Assembly (NCBI GenBank): GCA_044869275.1
Contig: JBIOXB010000249.1
Location: 1-38,237, forward strand
DNA length: 38,237 bases
Direction of reading: 5' to 3'
Source: a bacterium
GTDB taxonomy: Bacteria > Zhuqueibacterota > Zhuqueibacteria > Zhuqueibacterales > Zhuqueibacteraceae
Shown: positions 27,419 through 37,133 of the stretch, piece after piece
Numbering within the stretch: position 1 is the first letter of the stretch
Layout: every line of letters begins with the position of its first letter
Notes under the pieces: generated by a model
Database searches by the model: none
Seen by the model: the letters and a program-made list of their open reading frames with translations, nothing else
What the model was told of the DNA's origin: nothing
Translations under genes and position numbers: made by a program

Positions 27419-28186
27419 ATGCTGCTGCACGACAAAATTGCCCTTATCACCGGAGCTTCCAGTGGCATCGGCAGGGCTACGGCCGTGGTATTTGCGCGCG
27501 AGGGCGCCCGGCTGGCTTTATTGGGACGAGATGTCAAAGCGTTGCAAGCTTTTGCAAAAGAAATGCCAGGACATGAACAAAAAACGCTGATCGTTCCAGC
27601 GGACGTGACGCGCGCCGCAGACTGCCAACAAGCCGTGCAACAGGCGGCCGAGCATTTCGGCGAGCTCGATGTGCTCGTCAATGCCGCTGGCATTATCGGC
27701 AACGGCACGATCAAAAACACGACGCGGCAGGGCTGGAATGAAATGATGGAAGTGAATTTGAACGCGGCTTTTTACATGATGCAATACGCCGTTCCCCATT
27801 TGGAAAAAAAACGCGGCAACGTCGTGAACGTTTCCAGCGTCACCGGCCTGCGCGCCTTTCCGAATGTGCTGGCCTATTGTGTGAGCAAAGCCGGCCTGGA
27901 TCAATTGACGCGCTGTGCCGCACTGGAATTGGCGGCTGCCGGCGTGCGCGTGAATGCCGTGAACCCCGGCGTCGTGGTCACCAACCTGCATCGCCGCAGC
28001 GGCATGGATGAAGGCAAATACGCCGCATTTTTGGAACACAGCAAAACGACGCATCCCCTCGGCCGCGTCGGAGAGCCGGAAGACGTTGCTGAAGCCATTT
28101 TATATCTCGCCTCCGAACGCGCGGGCTGGATCACCGGCGTAACGTTGAGCGTGGACGGCGGGCGTCAGCTCACGTGTGCGCGGTGA
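27419..28186 (+). CDS. Classical SDR oxidoreductase
   Basis: TGASSGIG, NAAG, catalytic S and YCVSK, RVNAVNPG and VDGG. Confidence 0.96.
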   Translation: MLLHDKIALITGASSGIGRATAVVFAREGARLALLGRDVKALQAFAKEMPGHEQKTLIVPADVTRAADCQQAVQQAAEHFGELDVLVNAAGIIGNGTIKNTTRQGWNEMMEVNLNAAFYMMQYAVPHLEKKRGNVVNVSSVTGLRAFPNVLAYCVSKAGLDQLTRCAALELAAAGVRVNAVNPGVVVTNLHRRSGMDEGKYAAFLEHSKTTHPLGRVGEPEDVAEAILYLASERAGWITGVTLSVDGGRQLTCAR

Positions 28187-28214
28187 GGCCCCGGAGGAAA
28201 GTGCAGAGCACTGC

Positions 28215-28556
28215 TCATTCTTGATGCGGGTTAATTTCGCGAATTTCGATCGCGCCGCCGCAACTCAAGTGTGGACACTCTCTGGAAATCTCGGCGGCTT
28301 CCTGGAGATTCTGGGCTTCGATCAGAAAATAACCGCCGACGACTTCTTTGGTCTCCGTGAACGGACCGTCAACCACTTTGCCGTTTTTCACGCTCACCAG
28401 GCGTCCGCCGTCTCTTAATTCATCGCCGCCGTGGTATCGGCCCTCGCTGCGTAATTTGTTTCCCCAGCCAAAGTAACGCTCGACGATTCTCTGCATCTCC
28501 TCCGGAGAGTATTGTTTGAACTCTCCACCACGAAGCAACAGCATGTACTGTGCCAT
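28215..28556 (-). CDS. YciI/DGPF family protein
   Basis: VVDGPFTETKEVVGGYFLIEA...CPH...GAIEIREI. Confidence 0.92.
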   Translation of the reverse strand: MAQYMLLLRGGEFKQYSPEEMQRIVERYFGWGNKLRSEGRYHGGDELRDGGRLVSVKNGKVVDGPFTETKEVVGGYFLIEAQNLQEAAEISRECPHLSCGGAIEIREINPHQE

Positions 28557-28832
28557 AACCAGGCTCCCTTTTTGAATACCGTGCAAAGTCTTGAGCTCCG
28601 GGCAAATTTGTGGCGTGATTCCACTTTTACCCAATTTGATCATATGACGATCAGTGAAATAAAAAATCGACAGATTTCTTGTGCAATTTGGAGTCTTTGG
28701 TTAAGTGAAGGCGGGTGGGGGAACCCGGCAATGCCGGGCGTCGTTCGGAAGAAGATCAATCCCAATGCCGAGGGCTGCTCGCAGCCTATTGCAGTGCTAC
28801 CTAAATGGCAACTCTATCTGAATTTGCGGAGT

Positions 28833-29150
28833 TCAATACCTCGGCATTGTGGGATCGACCTCTACGGACCATTGCTTGATGCCGCCGCGCAGATTCAAAA
28901 CGTTGGTGAACCCATTGGCTTCCAAAAATTGGCAAACTCTGAGGCTGCGGCCGCCGACGTGGCAATAAACCACGATGGTGTCGCTCGGATTCAATTCCTG
29001 CAACCGTGAGGGGATCTCGTTCATGCGGATGTGCACCGAGTCCGGAATGCGGCAATACGCCACCTCGTTCGGCTCGCGCACATCCAGCAATACCAATTGC
29101 TCGCCCGCCTCACGCCGGCGTTTTACTTCTAGTGCTTCGATTTGCTGCAT
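28833..29150 (-). CDS. Single-domain rhodanese / sulfurtransferase
   Basis: LLDVREPNE, YCHVGGRS and NLRGGIKQWSVEVDPTMPRY. Confidence 0.93.
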   Translation of the reverse strand: MQQIEALEVKRRREAGEQLVLLDVREPNEVAYCRIPDSVHIRMNEIPSRLQELNPSDTIVVYCHVGGRSLRVCQFLEANGFTNVLNLRGGIKQWSVEVDPTMPRY

Positions 29151-29481
29151 GAGTTCTACGCCTCGTTGAACATTTTCAAAAGCTTTGCCAAATTCCTCAG
29201 ATTTGTTTACTTTGAAAGTGCACAAAAACCGCCGCAAAGTCAAGCACAGGAGAAGCTTGCCGCCCTCAGACCTCATCTCTCCTTGTAACTATTCTTCTCA
29301 AAAGATGCGGTACACCTTTCGCGTCCCTGGCGGTACGTTCCGGGACTTTTCATAGCCATCAGTAATTGAATTTGAGCTTCAGATTATTATCTTTCGCTTG
29401 GCAAACATGTTGCGTGAATAAGTGATGATGGCGAGTTGGCAATGGCAGGAGGAAGATAGTTTCATTCGAAGGACAAGGATT

Positions 29482-30036
29482 ATGGAAAAGAAAACTTTGC
29501 GCTTCGCGCTGCTCTTGCTGTGTGGCCTATTTGTCGTGATTGGCATCCATCGCGCCACCCATGGCGATGCCGCCACAGAAATTGCAGAGCCTGGTGTCAC
29601 CGTGTATATTTTTCTGGCAGAAGATTGCCCGATCTCGCAAAGCGCGACGCTCGTGCTGAAGCAGCTTCATCACGAATATGCACGGGGCAAAATCAAATTT
29701 GCCGGCGTCTTTGCCAATGCGGCTTCAAATGAAGCAAGCGTGGCACAATTTCAGAAAAAGTACGAGCTCCCGTTTCCGGTGCAACTCGACGGTGAAAGCC
29801 GGTTGATGAAATCTCTGGGGGCGCGAGTCACGCCGGAAACTTTTGTCGTGGATCATTCTTCCCAGCGCGTTTTATATAAAGGACGAATCGATAACAGCTT
29901 CGCGCACCTGGGACAGAGACGGCAGGTGATCACGGCGCACGAATTACAGGATGCTTTGGCTGCCATTTCCAAGGGCCACGCAATAGCGGTGAAAGAAACG
30001 CAAGCCATAGGTTGTTTCATTACCCCGCGAAAGTAA
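29482..30036 (+). CDS. Exported redoxin (thioredoxin-fold, AhpC/TSA-like)
   Basis: FLAEDCPIS, GARVTPETFV, YKGRID and AIGCFI; N-terminal signal. Confidence 0.88.
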   Translation: MEKKTLRFALLLLCGLFVVIGIHRATHGDAATEIAEPGVTVYIFLAEDCPISQSATLVLKQLHHEYARGKIKFAGVFANAASNEASVAQFQKKYELPFPVQLDGESRLMKSLGARVTPETFVVDHSSQRVLYKGRIDNSFAHLGQRRQVITAHELQDALAAISKGHAIAVKETQAIGCFITPRK

Positions 30037-30158
30037 AAGAGGGCATTTATCGAGGTGCCGCGTTCGGCAGAATAAATTGAAGCTGTCATGGCGGGAGCAC
30101 GCAGTTCTTGGGTGCTTCGGCAAAGCTCCCGTCCTCACCTTTTACGCAGGAGCGTTAC

Positions 30159-31724
30159 ATGAAAAAACATGCCATTGTTCTGCTCGGTCTCGCCGCAAGC
30201 ATTAGCCCGCTGGCGGCGCAAACGGTCAATTTCAGCGAACACATCTCGCCGATCATTTACAACAATTGCACGAAGTGCCATCGCCCGGGCGAGATCGGGC
30301 CCTTTCCGCTGACGAATTATAACGAGGCGGCGACGCGCGCGCAAATGATCAAGTACGTCACCGGTATCCACTACATGCCGCCCTGGATGCCGGACCGCAG
30401 CTACAGCAAGTTGCTCGACGAAAGATTTTTGACCGACGAACAAATCCAGCTCATTGCGCAGTGGGTTGACGCCGGGGCGCCGCAAGGCGATCCGAACCTG
30501 GAAGCGCCTTTGCCCAGCTTTCCCACGGGTTCGCAATTGGGCACTCCGGATTTGGTGCTGTCGATGAGCCAGTCGTACACCATCAAAGGCAATAATGTCG
30601 ATGAGTATCGCATTTTCGTTCTGCCTACCGGCTTGACGCAAGACCAGGACATCGCCGCGGTGGAGTTTCGCCCCGGCAATCGCAAGATCGTGCATCATGC
30701 CTTGATCGCGATCGAAGTCAATGGCCAGGGACGTCTGCAAGATCAACAGGATGCGGCATATGGTTATCCCTCTTATGGCGGCTTCGGCGTGGCGATCCAA
30801 GGGCAGCTTCCAGGTTACGCGCCGGGCACGGTGCCGCGCTTTTTTCCCGCCAGCATCGGGCAGAAAATTCCAAAAAATGCCGATCTGCTTCTGCAAATCC
30901 ACTACGCGCCGCGACCGGTTGCGGAATCGGATTCCTCTTCGCTCAATATTTTTTTCGCCCAAAAACCGATCGCACGCTATCTGCAGGTGCGCATCATGCT
31001 GCCTTTCGATTTGGTCAACGGCCCCTTCATCATTCCAGCCGGCGAAGTCAAACAATTTCACGGCATCGTCAACGTGCCCTTCGATGTTTCGCTGCTGTCG
31101 TTCTGGCCGCATTGCCATTTGCTGGGGAAAGCGTGGGAGCTGTACACCGTCGATGCGCAGGGCCAGCGCACGAATCTCATCAAGATCAATAATTGGGATT
31201 TCAACTGGCAGGGAGGTTATTCGCAGGAACATTTGATCAAAATTCCGGCGGGCGCGCAGGTTCATGCGTTCGCGACTTACGACAACACCGTCAATAATCC
31301 GCGCAACCCGAACCATCCTCCCAAACAAGTGACCTGGGGAGAGAAAACCACGGATGAGATGTATTATTTTCCGCTCGCCTTCGTGCCGTATCAACCCGGC
31401 GATGAAGACATTTTGCTGACCGGCGTCAAGGAGCGCGAAGAGCGTGCCGCACAGATTTCAGGCTACGCTTTGGCGCAGAATTATCCGAATCCTTTCAACC
31501 CCATCACCTCGATCAAGTTCTCCTTGCCGCGCCACGAGCGCGTGCAACTGGTGATCTATGACCTGCTGGGAAAGAAAGTTGCGACGTTGATCGATGACGA
31601 AATGCTGCCGGCCGGCGAGCACGTGCGTCATTGGGAGGCGAGCGGCGCTGCGAGCGGAGTTTATTTCTATGCTCTGCAAACGGAGAATCTTCGGTTAATC
31701 AGGAAAATGGCGCTGGTCAGGTAG
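30159..31724 (+). CDS. Secreted cytochrome c + copper type II (PHM/DBM-like) monooxygenase with secretion tail
   Basis: Signal peptide; CTKCH; MPPW; VHH, QIHY, PHCH and DEM; WDFNWQ; tail QNYPNPFNP...RKMALVR. Confidence 0.85.
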   Translation: MKKHAIVLLGLAASISPLAAQTVNFSEHISPIIYNNCTKCHRPGEIGPFPLTNYNEAATRAQMIKYVTGIHYMPPWMPDRSYSKLLDERFLTDEQIQLIAQWVDAGAPQGDPNLEAPLPSFPTGSQLGTPDLVLSMSQSYTIKGNNVDEYRIFVLPTGLTQDQDIAAVEFRPGNRKIVHHALIAIEVNGQGRLQDQQDAAYGYPSYGGFGVAIQGQLPGYAPGTVPRFFPASIGQKIPKNADLLLQIHYAPRPVAESDSSSLNIFFAQKPIARYLQVRIMLPFDLVNGPFIIPAGEVKQFHGIVNVPFDVSLLSFWPHCHLLGKAWELYTVDAQGQRTNLIKINNWDFNWQGGYSQEHLIKIPAGAQVHAFATYDNTVNNPRNPNHPPKQVTWGEKTTDEMYYFPLAFVPYQPGDEDILLTGVKEREERAAQISGYALAQNYPNPFNPITSIKFSLPRHERVQLVIYDLLGKKVATLIDDEMLPAGEHVRHWEASGAASGVYFYALQTENLRLIRKMALVR

Positions 31725-31781
31725 ATGGGCTGGTGGCACTCGCAGGAATGACAGCCAGTGAGAGCTGCAACACATTGAACG

Positions 31782-31809
31782 AAAAAGGCATCCACGCGGA
31801 TGCCTTTTT
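31782..31809. terminator. Bidirectional intrinsic terminator
   Basis: aaaaa-ggcatcc-acgc-ggatgcc-ttttt between convergent genes. Confidence 0.85.
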
Positions 31810-31814
31810 CGCTT

Positions 31815-32528
31815 TTATGCCAACTTGCGCGCTTGATGCGGCTCCATGTAGTTTTCCGTGACCACGTGCCCGTCGAACAAATGCACCACCCGGTGCGCGA
31901 ACTCGGCGTAGGCGGGCGCGTGCGTCACCATCACGATGGTGGTACCGGCCTGGTTCAAATCTGTGAGCAGCTTCATCACTTCGTCGCCGTGCGTCGAATC
32001 GAGATTGCCGGTGGGCTCGTCCGCGAGAATGAGCTTGGGCGTGCTCACCACCGCGCGCGCCACCGCGACGCGTTGTTGCTGGCCGCCGGAGAGCTGTTGC
32101 GGGAAATGGTTGCGGCGATGCATGATTTGCATGTGCTCCAGGGCCGCTTCCACTTTTTTCTTGCGCTCCGCCGAGGACACGCCGAGATACAACAACGGCA
32201 GCTCGACATTTTCAAACACCGTGAGCTCGTCGATCAAATTGAAGCTCTGAAACACGAAGCCGATGTTGGATTTGCGCAAATTGGCGCGCTGGCGTTCGGT
32301 GTATTTCGAGACTTCGTGTCCGACGAAATGGAATTCGCCGTCCGACGGGTTGTCGAGCAGGCCAAGCAAATTCAGCAACGTCGATTTGCCGCAGCCCGAG
32401 GGCCCCATAATGGCCACGAATTCTCCGGCATTCACTTCCAGATTCACGTTGTTCAGGGCCGTGGTTTCCACTTCTTCCGTGGTGTAGACTTTTTTGAGGT
32501 TGTTGGTTCGAATCAGAGCGTCGGCCAT
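31815..32528 (-). CDS. ABC transporter ATPase (MacB/LolD type)
   Basis: [29 protein letters not shown] and VTH. Confidence 0.96.
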   Translation of the reverse strand: MADALIRTNNLKKVYTTEEVETTALNNVNLEVNAGEFVAIMGPSGCGKSTLLNLLGLLDNPSDGEFHFVGHEVSKYTERQRANLRKSNIGFVFQSFNLIDELTVFENVELPLLYLGVSSAERKKKVEAALEHMQIMHRRNHFPQQLSGGQQQRVAVARAVVSTPKLILADEPTGNLDSTHGDEVMKLLTDLNQAGTTIVMVTHAPAYAEFAHRVVHLFDGHVVTENYMEPHQARKLA

Positions 32529-32545
32529 GAGATTCTCCCTTGTGT

Positions 32546-32716
32546 GAAAAAATTCAAAACCCAAAGCTCAAAATTCAAAGGCACATTTGGATTTTGCGTT
32601 TTTAATTTTGGGTTCCCGCTTGTCCGGGTCATACGAAAAATTCAAAATCAAAGCTCAATATTCAAAGTCACGTTTTGAATTTTGTGCTTTGAATTTTGGC
32701 GTTCCGGCTTGTCCGG
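32546..32716. repeat. Tandem duplication (about 89-nt unit) of a palindromic heptamer repeat ending gttcc(c/g)gcttgtccgg
   Basis: The units at 32546-32627 and 32635-32716 align along their length. Confidence 0.85.
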
Positions 32717-32726
32717 CATGCGTAAA

Positions 32727-33977
32727 TTACTTCAAAACCAGCTTATCATTATCGCCGAAACTGTCATAGGTTGACGTAATCACCTGCTCGCCCGGCTGCA
32801 AGCCCTCCAACACCTCGAACACTTGCGGATTTTGCCGTCCCAGGCGAATCGCGCGCTTCGTCGCCGTTTTGCTGGAGCCTTCCAAAACGTAAACCCATTG
32901 CCCGCCGGTTTTTTGATAAAAACCGCCGCGCGCCAACAGCAGCGCTTCGGAAAGATCACCCAGCTCCAAACGAATATGCAGCGTTTGCCCGCGGCGAATG
33001 CCTCCCGGCTCCTCACCTTCAAATTCCAAATCGACGTCGAAACGGCCGTCGCGAATTTCGGGATAGACTTTGCGTGTGATCAATTTATAAGTTTTGCCGG
33101 CAAAGTCAAATGCGCCCGCCTGGCCGACGTTGATGCGCGCCAGGTAATGCTCGTCAATGCCCGCGCGCACCTTGAAGCCGTCGAGCACGTCGACCTGGCC
33201 CAGCCGCTCGCCCTGCGCTTTCGACTCGCCAATCTCGGCGTTGAGTGAGGTCAATTGTCCCGTCACCGGCGCGCGCAGAACCAAGCTCTCTTGTTTCTGC
33301 TTCACCACCCCGAGATTGTTCTGCATTCTCTTCAAAGAAGATTCCAACTGCTCGATTTGCAATTGCCGAAAAAGGGAATCTTGCTTGAAAGATTCTTCGG
33401 AAAGTTCTTTGCGCTTCTGATGATAGTTGTACTCGTCCCGCACTTGCTCGAATTCTTGCTGTGAAATCAAGTTCTTCTTCAATAATTCCAGGCTGCGTTC
33501 GTGCAACCGTTTCAATCTTTGCAGTTGATACTCTTGCTCGACCAATTGCTGGCGCAACGTCAGGCGATTTTGTTCCATCAGCAGACGCGTGTTGCGCAGA
33601 TTGTTGCTCTGCTCGAAAAACTGCGCCTCGCGAAACATGATGTCGAGCACCAAATTGGTATTGGCCAGTTGCAAAATCGGATCGCCCTCGGTGACCATGG
33701 CGCCGGCTTCGATGAGCTTTTTCTCCACGCGCCCGCCTTCGATGGCATCGAGGTAAATCGTCTTGATCGGGATCACCGTGCCGGTGACGGGAATGAATTC
33801 TTGAAACGGTCCCTTGTTCACGGTTGAAATCGTGATCTTTTCGGCTTCCACGTTCAGCTTCGAGCTGCTGTCGCCAAACATGAAACTGTAAAGCGTGAAC
33901 AAAACGAATACGGCGCCGCCTGCCAGTATCGCGATCTTTTTCGGAGGCCACTTCTTTTTTTCTAACTTGCGATCCAT
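32727..33977 (-). CDS. Efflux periplasmic adaptor (HlyD/MacA family)
   Basis: N-terminal TM, LDAIEGGRV, long coiled coil, LRAPVTGQL and EVLEGLQPGEQVI. Confidence 0.93.
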   Translation of the reverse strand: MDRKLEKKKWPPKKIAILAGGAVFVLFTLYSFMFGDSSSKLNVEAEKITISTVNKGPFQEFIPVTGTVIPIKTIYLDAIEGGRVEKKLIEAGAMVTEGDPILQLANTNLVLDIMFREAQFFEQSNNLRNTRLLMEQNRLTLRQQLVEQEYQLQRLKRLHERSLELLKKNLISQQEFEQVRDEYNYHQKRKELSEESFKQDSLFRQLQIEQLESSLKRMQNNLGVVKQKQESLVLRAPVTGQLTSLNAEIGESKAQGERLGQVDVLDGFKVRAGIDEHYLARINVGQAGAFDFAGKTYKLITRKVYPEIRDGRFDVDLEFEGEEPGGIRRGQTLHIRLELGDLSEALLLARGGFYQKTGGQWVYVLEGSSKTATKRAIRLGRQNPQVFEVLEGLQPGEQVITSTYDSFGDNDKLVLK

Positions 33978-34024
33978 TCAAACTTCCTTGACAATCGATG
34001 TGAACATCTCGGTAAAAAATATTT

Positions 34025-34122
34025 TCAAGAAGTGTACCAACTTTGTTTTATAGAAAGTTAAGCATATTTTTTGACGGATGCAAGTATCCGCGAGCGTTAC
34101 ATGGGGTGTACGACAGCGAACG
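34025..34122 (-). promoter_or_regulatory. Sigma54-like promoter with possible upstream activator sites for the HlyD-ABC operon
   Basis: TTGGTAC-ACTTC-TTGA on the minus strand (34025-34040); dyad tgtacg-N4-cgaacg at 34107-34122. Confidence 0.4.
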
Positions 34123-34137
34123 ATGAGGAATTCCCGC

Positions 34138-34166
34138 TTGACAACCGAGACATGGTTTTGTATCAT
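34138..34166 (+). promoter_or_regulatory. Near-consensus sigma70 promoter TTGACA-N17-TATCAT
   Basis: Direct reading; lies upstream of the 34272 gene. Confidence 0.75.
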
Positions 34167-34271
34167 GTTTTTTATTCATGTTTGTGAATGCTTTCAAAAT
34201 ATCCGCACGGCGGCTTGTGCGCGTCTGGCATCGCGTTTTCCGGTATCCTCGGCCGCACCAACGGAGGGAGA

Positions 34272-36107
34272 ATGGCCACCAAGATTCCGCCGGCCAAAAT
34301 TTTAGTAAATCGCAGCATTGATTTCCAGGCGTGCCGGCATCCGCGGGAAAAATTTCTACTGCGTCTCATTATTTTTTGGAGTCTCCTCACTGCTGCCGGT
34401 ACCATCGGGCTGGGCTTGCGCTTCCCGAGAATCTTCGTGATCACGGCGGGATCGCTCATATTGCTCGTGCTCCTGGTTTTTCTAAAAAGAAGATTCTCCT
34501 TTGCCCGGCTGCTCGGCAACAGCTTGCAAGCCAGCGCAGACAACTTTCCGGAAATGCAATATATCAAAACCGTCGTTTCCAAGGCATTGGAGGAGGCGCG
34601 GCCATGGGAGATTCACGTCTCGGACTCCGCGCCGCTCGCGCCGCGGGCATGGCAAGCAGCCGGGCGAGGCCTGCTGCTTTTTAATGACCGGATGGCGGGC
34701 GCCATGCTCAACCGCCATGACATTGGCCAGATGATCTGGTTGATTGGGCGCATGCTCGCGCTTCCGGCGAAACGCCGCAAAGTCGGGCTGCCGGTGCGCG
34801 GGCTATTGTTTCTGGCTGGTGTCAATCCCTTGGCCTGGCCTTTTTTGAATCTCTATCGCCGCCTCGAAGAATTCTCTGCCGATCGCATGGGGCTGGCACT
34901 CAATCTTTCTCTCATCGATGCCGCCGAAGCCTTCAAGAAAATGATGAGCGGCACCGGCCTGTTTGCGCGCGCGAATTTTGCGCAAATGGACGGGCAGGCC
35001 GCCGCGCTTCGCCGCAGCGGGCTGGCTTTGTTCGGTGAAATTGTTTTCGGCCGACCGGCGCTGGCGCGGCGTTACGCGGATCTGATCGACTTTTGCCGCG
35101 TGCAATATCCCGATCTTTACGCTGATTTCGAAATCCATCGCCAGTATGCGCTCAACGTACTGCCGAGCTATCGCGAAGTGCAGGAATTTTCCGAAGGCAA
35201 GGAAGAAGAGAAGAAGATCTTGCGCGATCTCGGCAAGCTCGTTTACGAGTTCATGAGTGCATTGCCGCCATTGAACGAAGCGGACACCATCAGCCGCAGT
35301 TTTCTGCAATTGCATCGCAATCGTGATGCCGCCGCAGAGTTGGAGGCCAAGATCAAGCGTTTGGACACGGCCAAAGGCGAATGGCAAAGCGTCGTTGCCA
35401 AAATCGAGGGGGCGGAGCAGAAACGTGAGAACGCCAATCGCGCGCTGGAGGCCAACTATCGGGAAATCGGCCGTGTTGCCTTTGCCAGCTTGGCGGAAGA
35501 AATTGGCAAGCTGCCTGCGCTGCAGAAGATTTTTGCGAAAGCACAGCAATACCAGGTGGTGATGCGCGACCGCGAAAGCGAAATCGCGCGGTTGGAGACG
35601 GCGGTAGGCGGCATGCTCGATAAATCCAAACGCAAAGTCGAAACTCTGGCGCTGCGCACGCAGATTGCGAACGACGGCAAGCGCATGCAAGCCGCGGCCG
35701 AAGCCGCGGGTGAAGAATTTTGGAAATATTTCGCCGACCATTTCACGCATGACGAGCTGGAGCCGATCAAGCTGCGCATCACCGGCGTGATTGCCGAGCT
35801 CGAACGCCGGCGCGTGGAATTGGAAAATCTGCACGCGCAAAAGCGCGAAATCGAAAAGCGCCTCGAGCCCGAGGGTCTGCCCTCCACCACCAAGCCTGAC
35901 ATTGACATTCCGGTATTCATTGAGCAGCTCAAGAACCAGGCTCGCGCCGCCAATGCGTTGCGCCCGCGTCTGCTCGAGAATCTCGGCAAAGCCTATTGGC
36001 AACACGAGCGCGATTATCATCCGGACACGCGCGGGGTGATCGAGCAGTTGAATGATTTGAAGAAGAGGATAAGGGGGTTTGAGCAGGAAGAGAATTCGAC
36101 GAACTGA
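34272..36107 (+). CDS. Membrane-anchored inactive M48-peptidase-like domain fused to a long coiled coil
   Basis: SD ggaggg; two TM helices; EEFSADRMGL resembles the M48 ExxAD motif, but the HExxH position reads GRMLAL; about 300 aa of heptad-rich C-terminus. Confidence 0.7.
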   Translation: MATKIPPAKILVNRSIDFQACRHPREKFLLRLIIFWSLLTAAGTIGLGLRFPRIFVITAGSLILLVLLVFLKRRFSFARLLGNSLQASADNFPEMQYIKTVVSKALEEARPWEIHVSDSAPLAPRAWQAAGRGLLLFNDRMAGAMLNRHDIGQMIWLIGRMLALPAKRRKVGLPVRGLLFLAGVNPLAWPFLNLYRRLEEFSADRMGLALNLSLIDAAEAFKKMMSGTGLFARANFAQMDGQAAALRRSGLALFGEIVFGRPALARRYADLIDFCRVQYPDLYADFEIHRQYALNVLPSYREVQEFSEGKEEEKKILRDLGKLVYEFMSALPPLNEADTISRSFLQLHRNRDAAAELEAKIKRLDTAKGEWQSVVAKIEGAEQKRENANRALEANYREIGRVAFASLAEEIGKLPALQKIFAKAQQYQVVMRDRESEIARLETAVGGMLDKSKRKVETLALRTQIANDGKRMQAAAEAAGEEFWKYFADHFTHDELEPIKLRITGVIAELERRRVELENLHAQKREIEKRLEPEGLPSTTKPDIDIPVFIEQLKNQARAANALRPRLLENLGKAYWQHERDYHPDTRGVIEQLNDLKKRIRGFEQEENSTN

Positions 36108-36409
36108 GGCAACAATTCAATTTTGTTTGTTTGCTCGTAACTATTCAGACTTTTTAGAAAAGCAAAACGATTACAGGTCAAACTATTGAAAAACTCTGGG
36201 CAAGATAATTTGATGGCAAAATGATTTCAAATTTCTGCCTTGACTCGGGTACAATGCCGAGTTCACGCCCTAGTGCCGGATTTACCAAGAGGTCTTCTGC
36301 GTGACAGAACGAGGATTTCGGACGGGCTCAAAGCCGCAATGCGTTTGGTTAGCAAGCCGAATCGCAGCGCACGCGGAATGCCACAGAATAAACCTGAAAA
36401 ATCGCCAGA

Positions 36410-36763
36410 TCAGCAGGTCACATGAAGAAGTGCCCGAACCTTCTTACCTTCCTCGTTTGAAATAAGCCGACAGGCCTCCTCAGTGGGTACGGCGACGATC
36501 TCGATGCCGCGTTGCTTGGCCTCAGCAAGAATTTCAGGCATGATCGGCAATTTCCCGTAGGCACCCGTGCCGACGATCAAGCGCTCGCCGCCCCATGGGA
36601 TTTCCTCATCAACCGATAATGGCGTGTGTCCGTACTGGTCACGATAAACCTTGGAAGGCTTCTTTTTCCGTTTGCGGATCCCGATTTCGTCTATGATCAC
36701 GTCATAGTCGTAGCGCTGGCCGTCAATTTCGATCTCGCCAAAATCGACAAACCGTGCATTCAA
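36410..36763 (-). CDS. Mth938-like (DUF498/DUF598) domain protein
   Basis: FGEIEIDGQRYDYDVII, YGHTPLS, LIVGTGAYG, PTEEAC and ALLHVTC; SD aggagg with TTG start. Confidence 0.88.
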   Translation of the reverse strand: MNARFVDFGEIEIDGQRYDYDVIIDEIGIRKRKKKPSKVYRDQYGHTPLSVDEEIPWGGERLIVGTGAYGKLPIMPEILAEAKQRGIEIVAVPTEEACRLISNEEGKKVRALLHVTC

Positions 36764-36876
36764 GATCTACCTCCTGCTCGTAAAGAGAGCATTATTTGAA
36801 CACCCTTCAGAATAGCTGATTTTCAGAAAAACAACAAGCCACAGAGCGTCAGGCCCTTTTTTGAAAACCCCCGGGC

Positions 36877-36904
36877 AAAAAAAATCCCCGGCTTGTGCTG
36901 GGGA
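36877..36904 (-). terminator. Intrinsic terminator downstream of the candidate ncRNA
   Basis: tccccagc-acaa-gccgggga followed by T8 on the minus strand. Confidence 0.75.
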
Positions 36905-36967
36905 AATCTTTTAGTTGCTGATCGATTGATTCTAATAATAGCAAAGTGATGGAGGAAAAAATCGACA

Positions 36968-37126
36968 TGGAGCGCGGGACAATGCCGCAAGTTTGGGGAA
37001 CGGCGCTTCGTCTCTCTCGCATGCAGCTAAAGAGCGAACGCCTATAAAAAAAGTGGCTCAAGATGAGCAAAGCTCACCTTGTCCAATTGCGATGGACTCG
37101 CAATAAGGCGGTCTTTTGTCCCGCGC
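36968..37126 (-). ncRNA. Candidate 159-nt structured ncRNA with an 11-bp closing stem and 3' U-CCA
   Basis: GCGCGGGACAA (37126-37116) pairs perfectly with TTGTCCCGCGC (36982-36972), followed by TCCA; three internal hairpins; own promoter and terminator. Confidence 0.6.
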
Positions 37127-37133
37127 GGTTGCA

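Noticed and set aside
32546..32716. CRISPR array
   Set aside because: Only two degenerate units, no unique spacers and no cas genes.
36967..37047. 26-aa + strand ORF MERGTMPQ... with ggagg upstream
   Set aside because: It is antisense to the structured RNA; the promoter, terminator and G-U bias all favour the minus strand.
36968..37126. Canonical tRNA, tmRNA or SRP call
   Set aside because: No T-loop (TTCRA) or anticodon arm, no tag ORF or G3-U70 pair, no SRP GGAA loop; kept only as an unclassified RNA.
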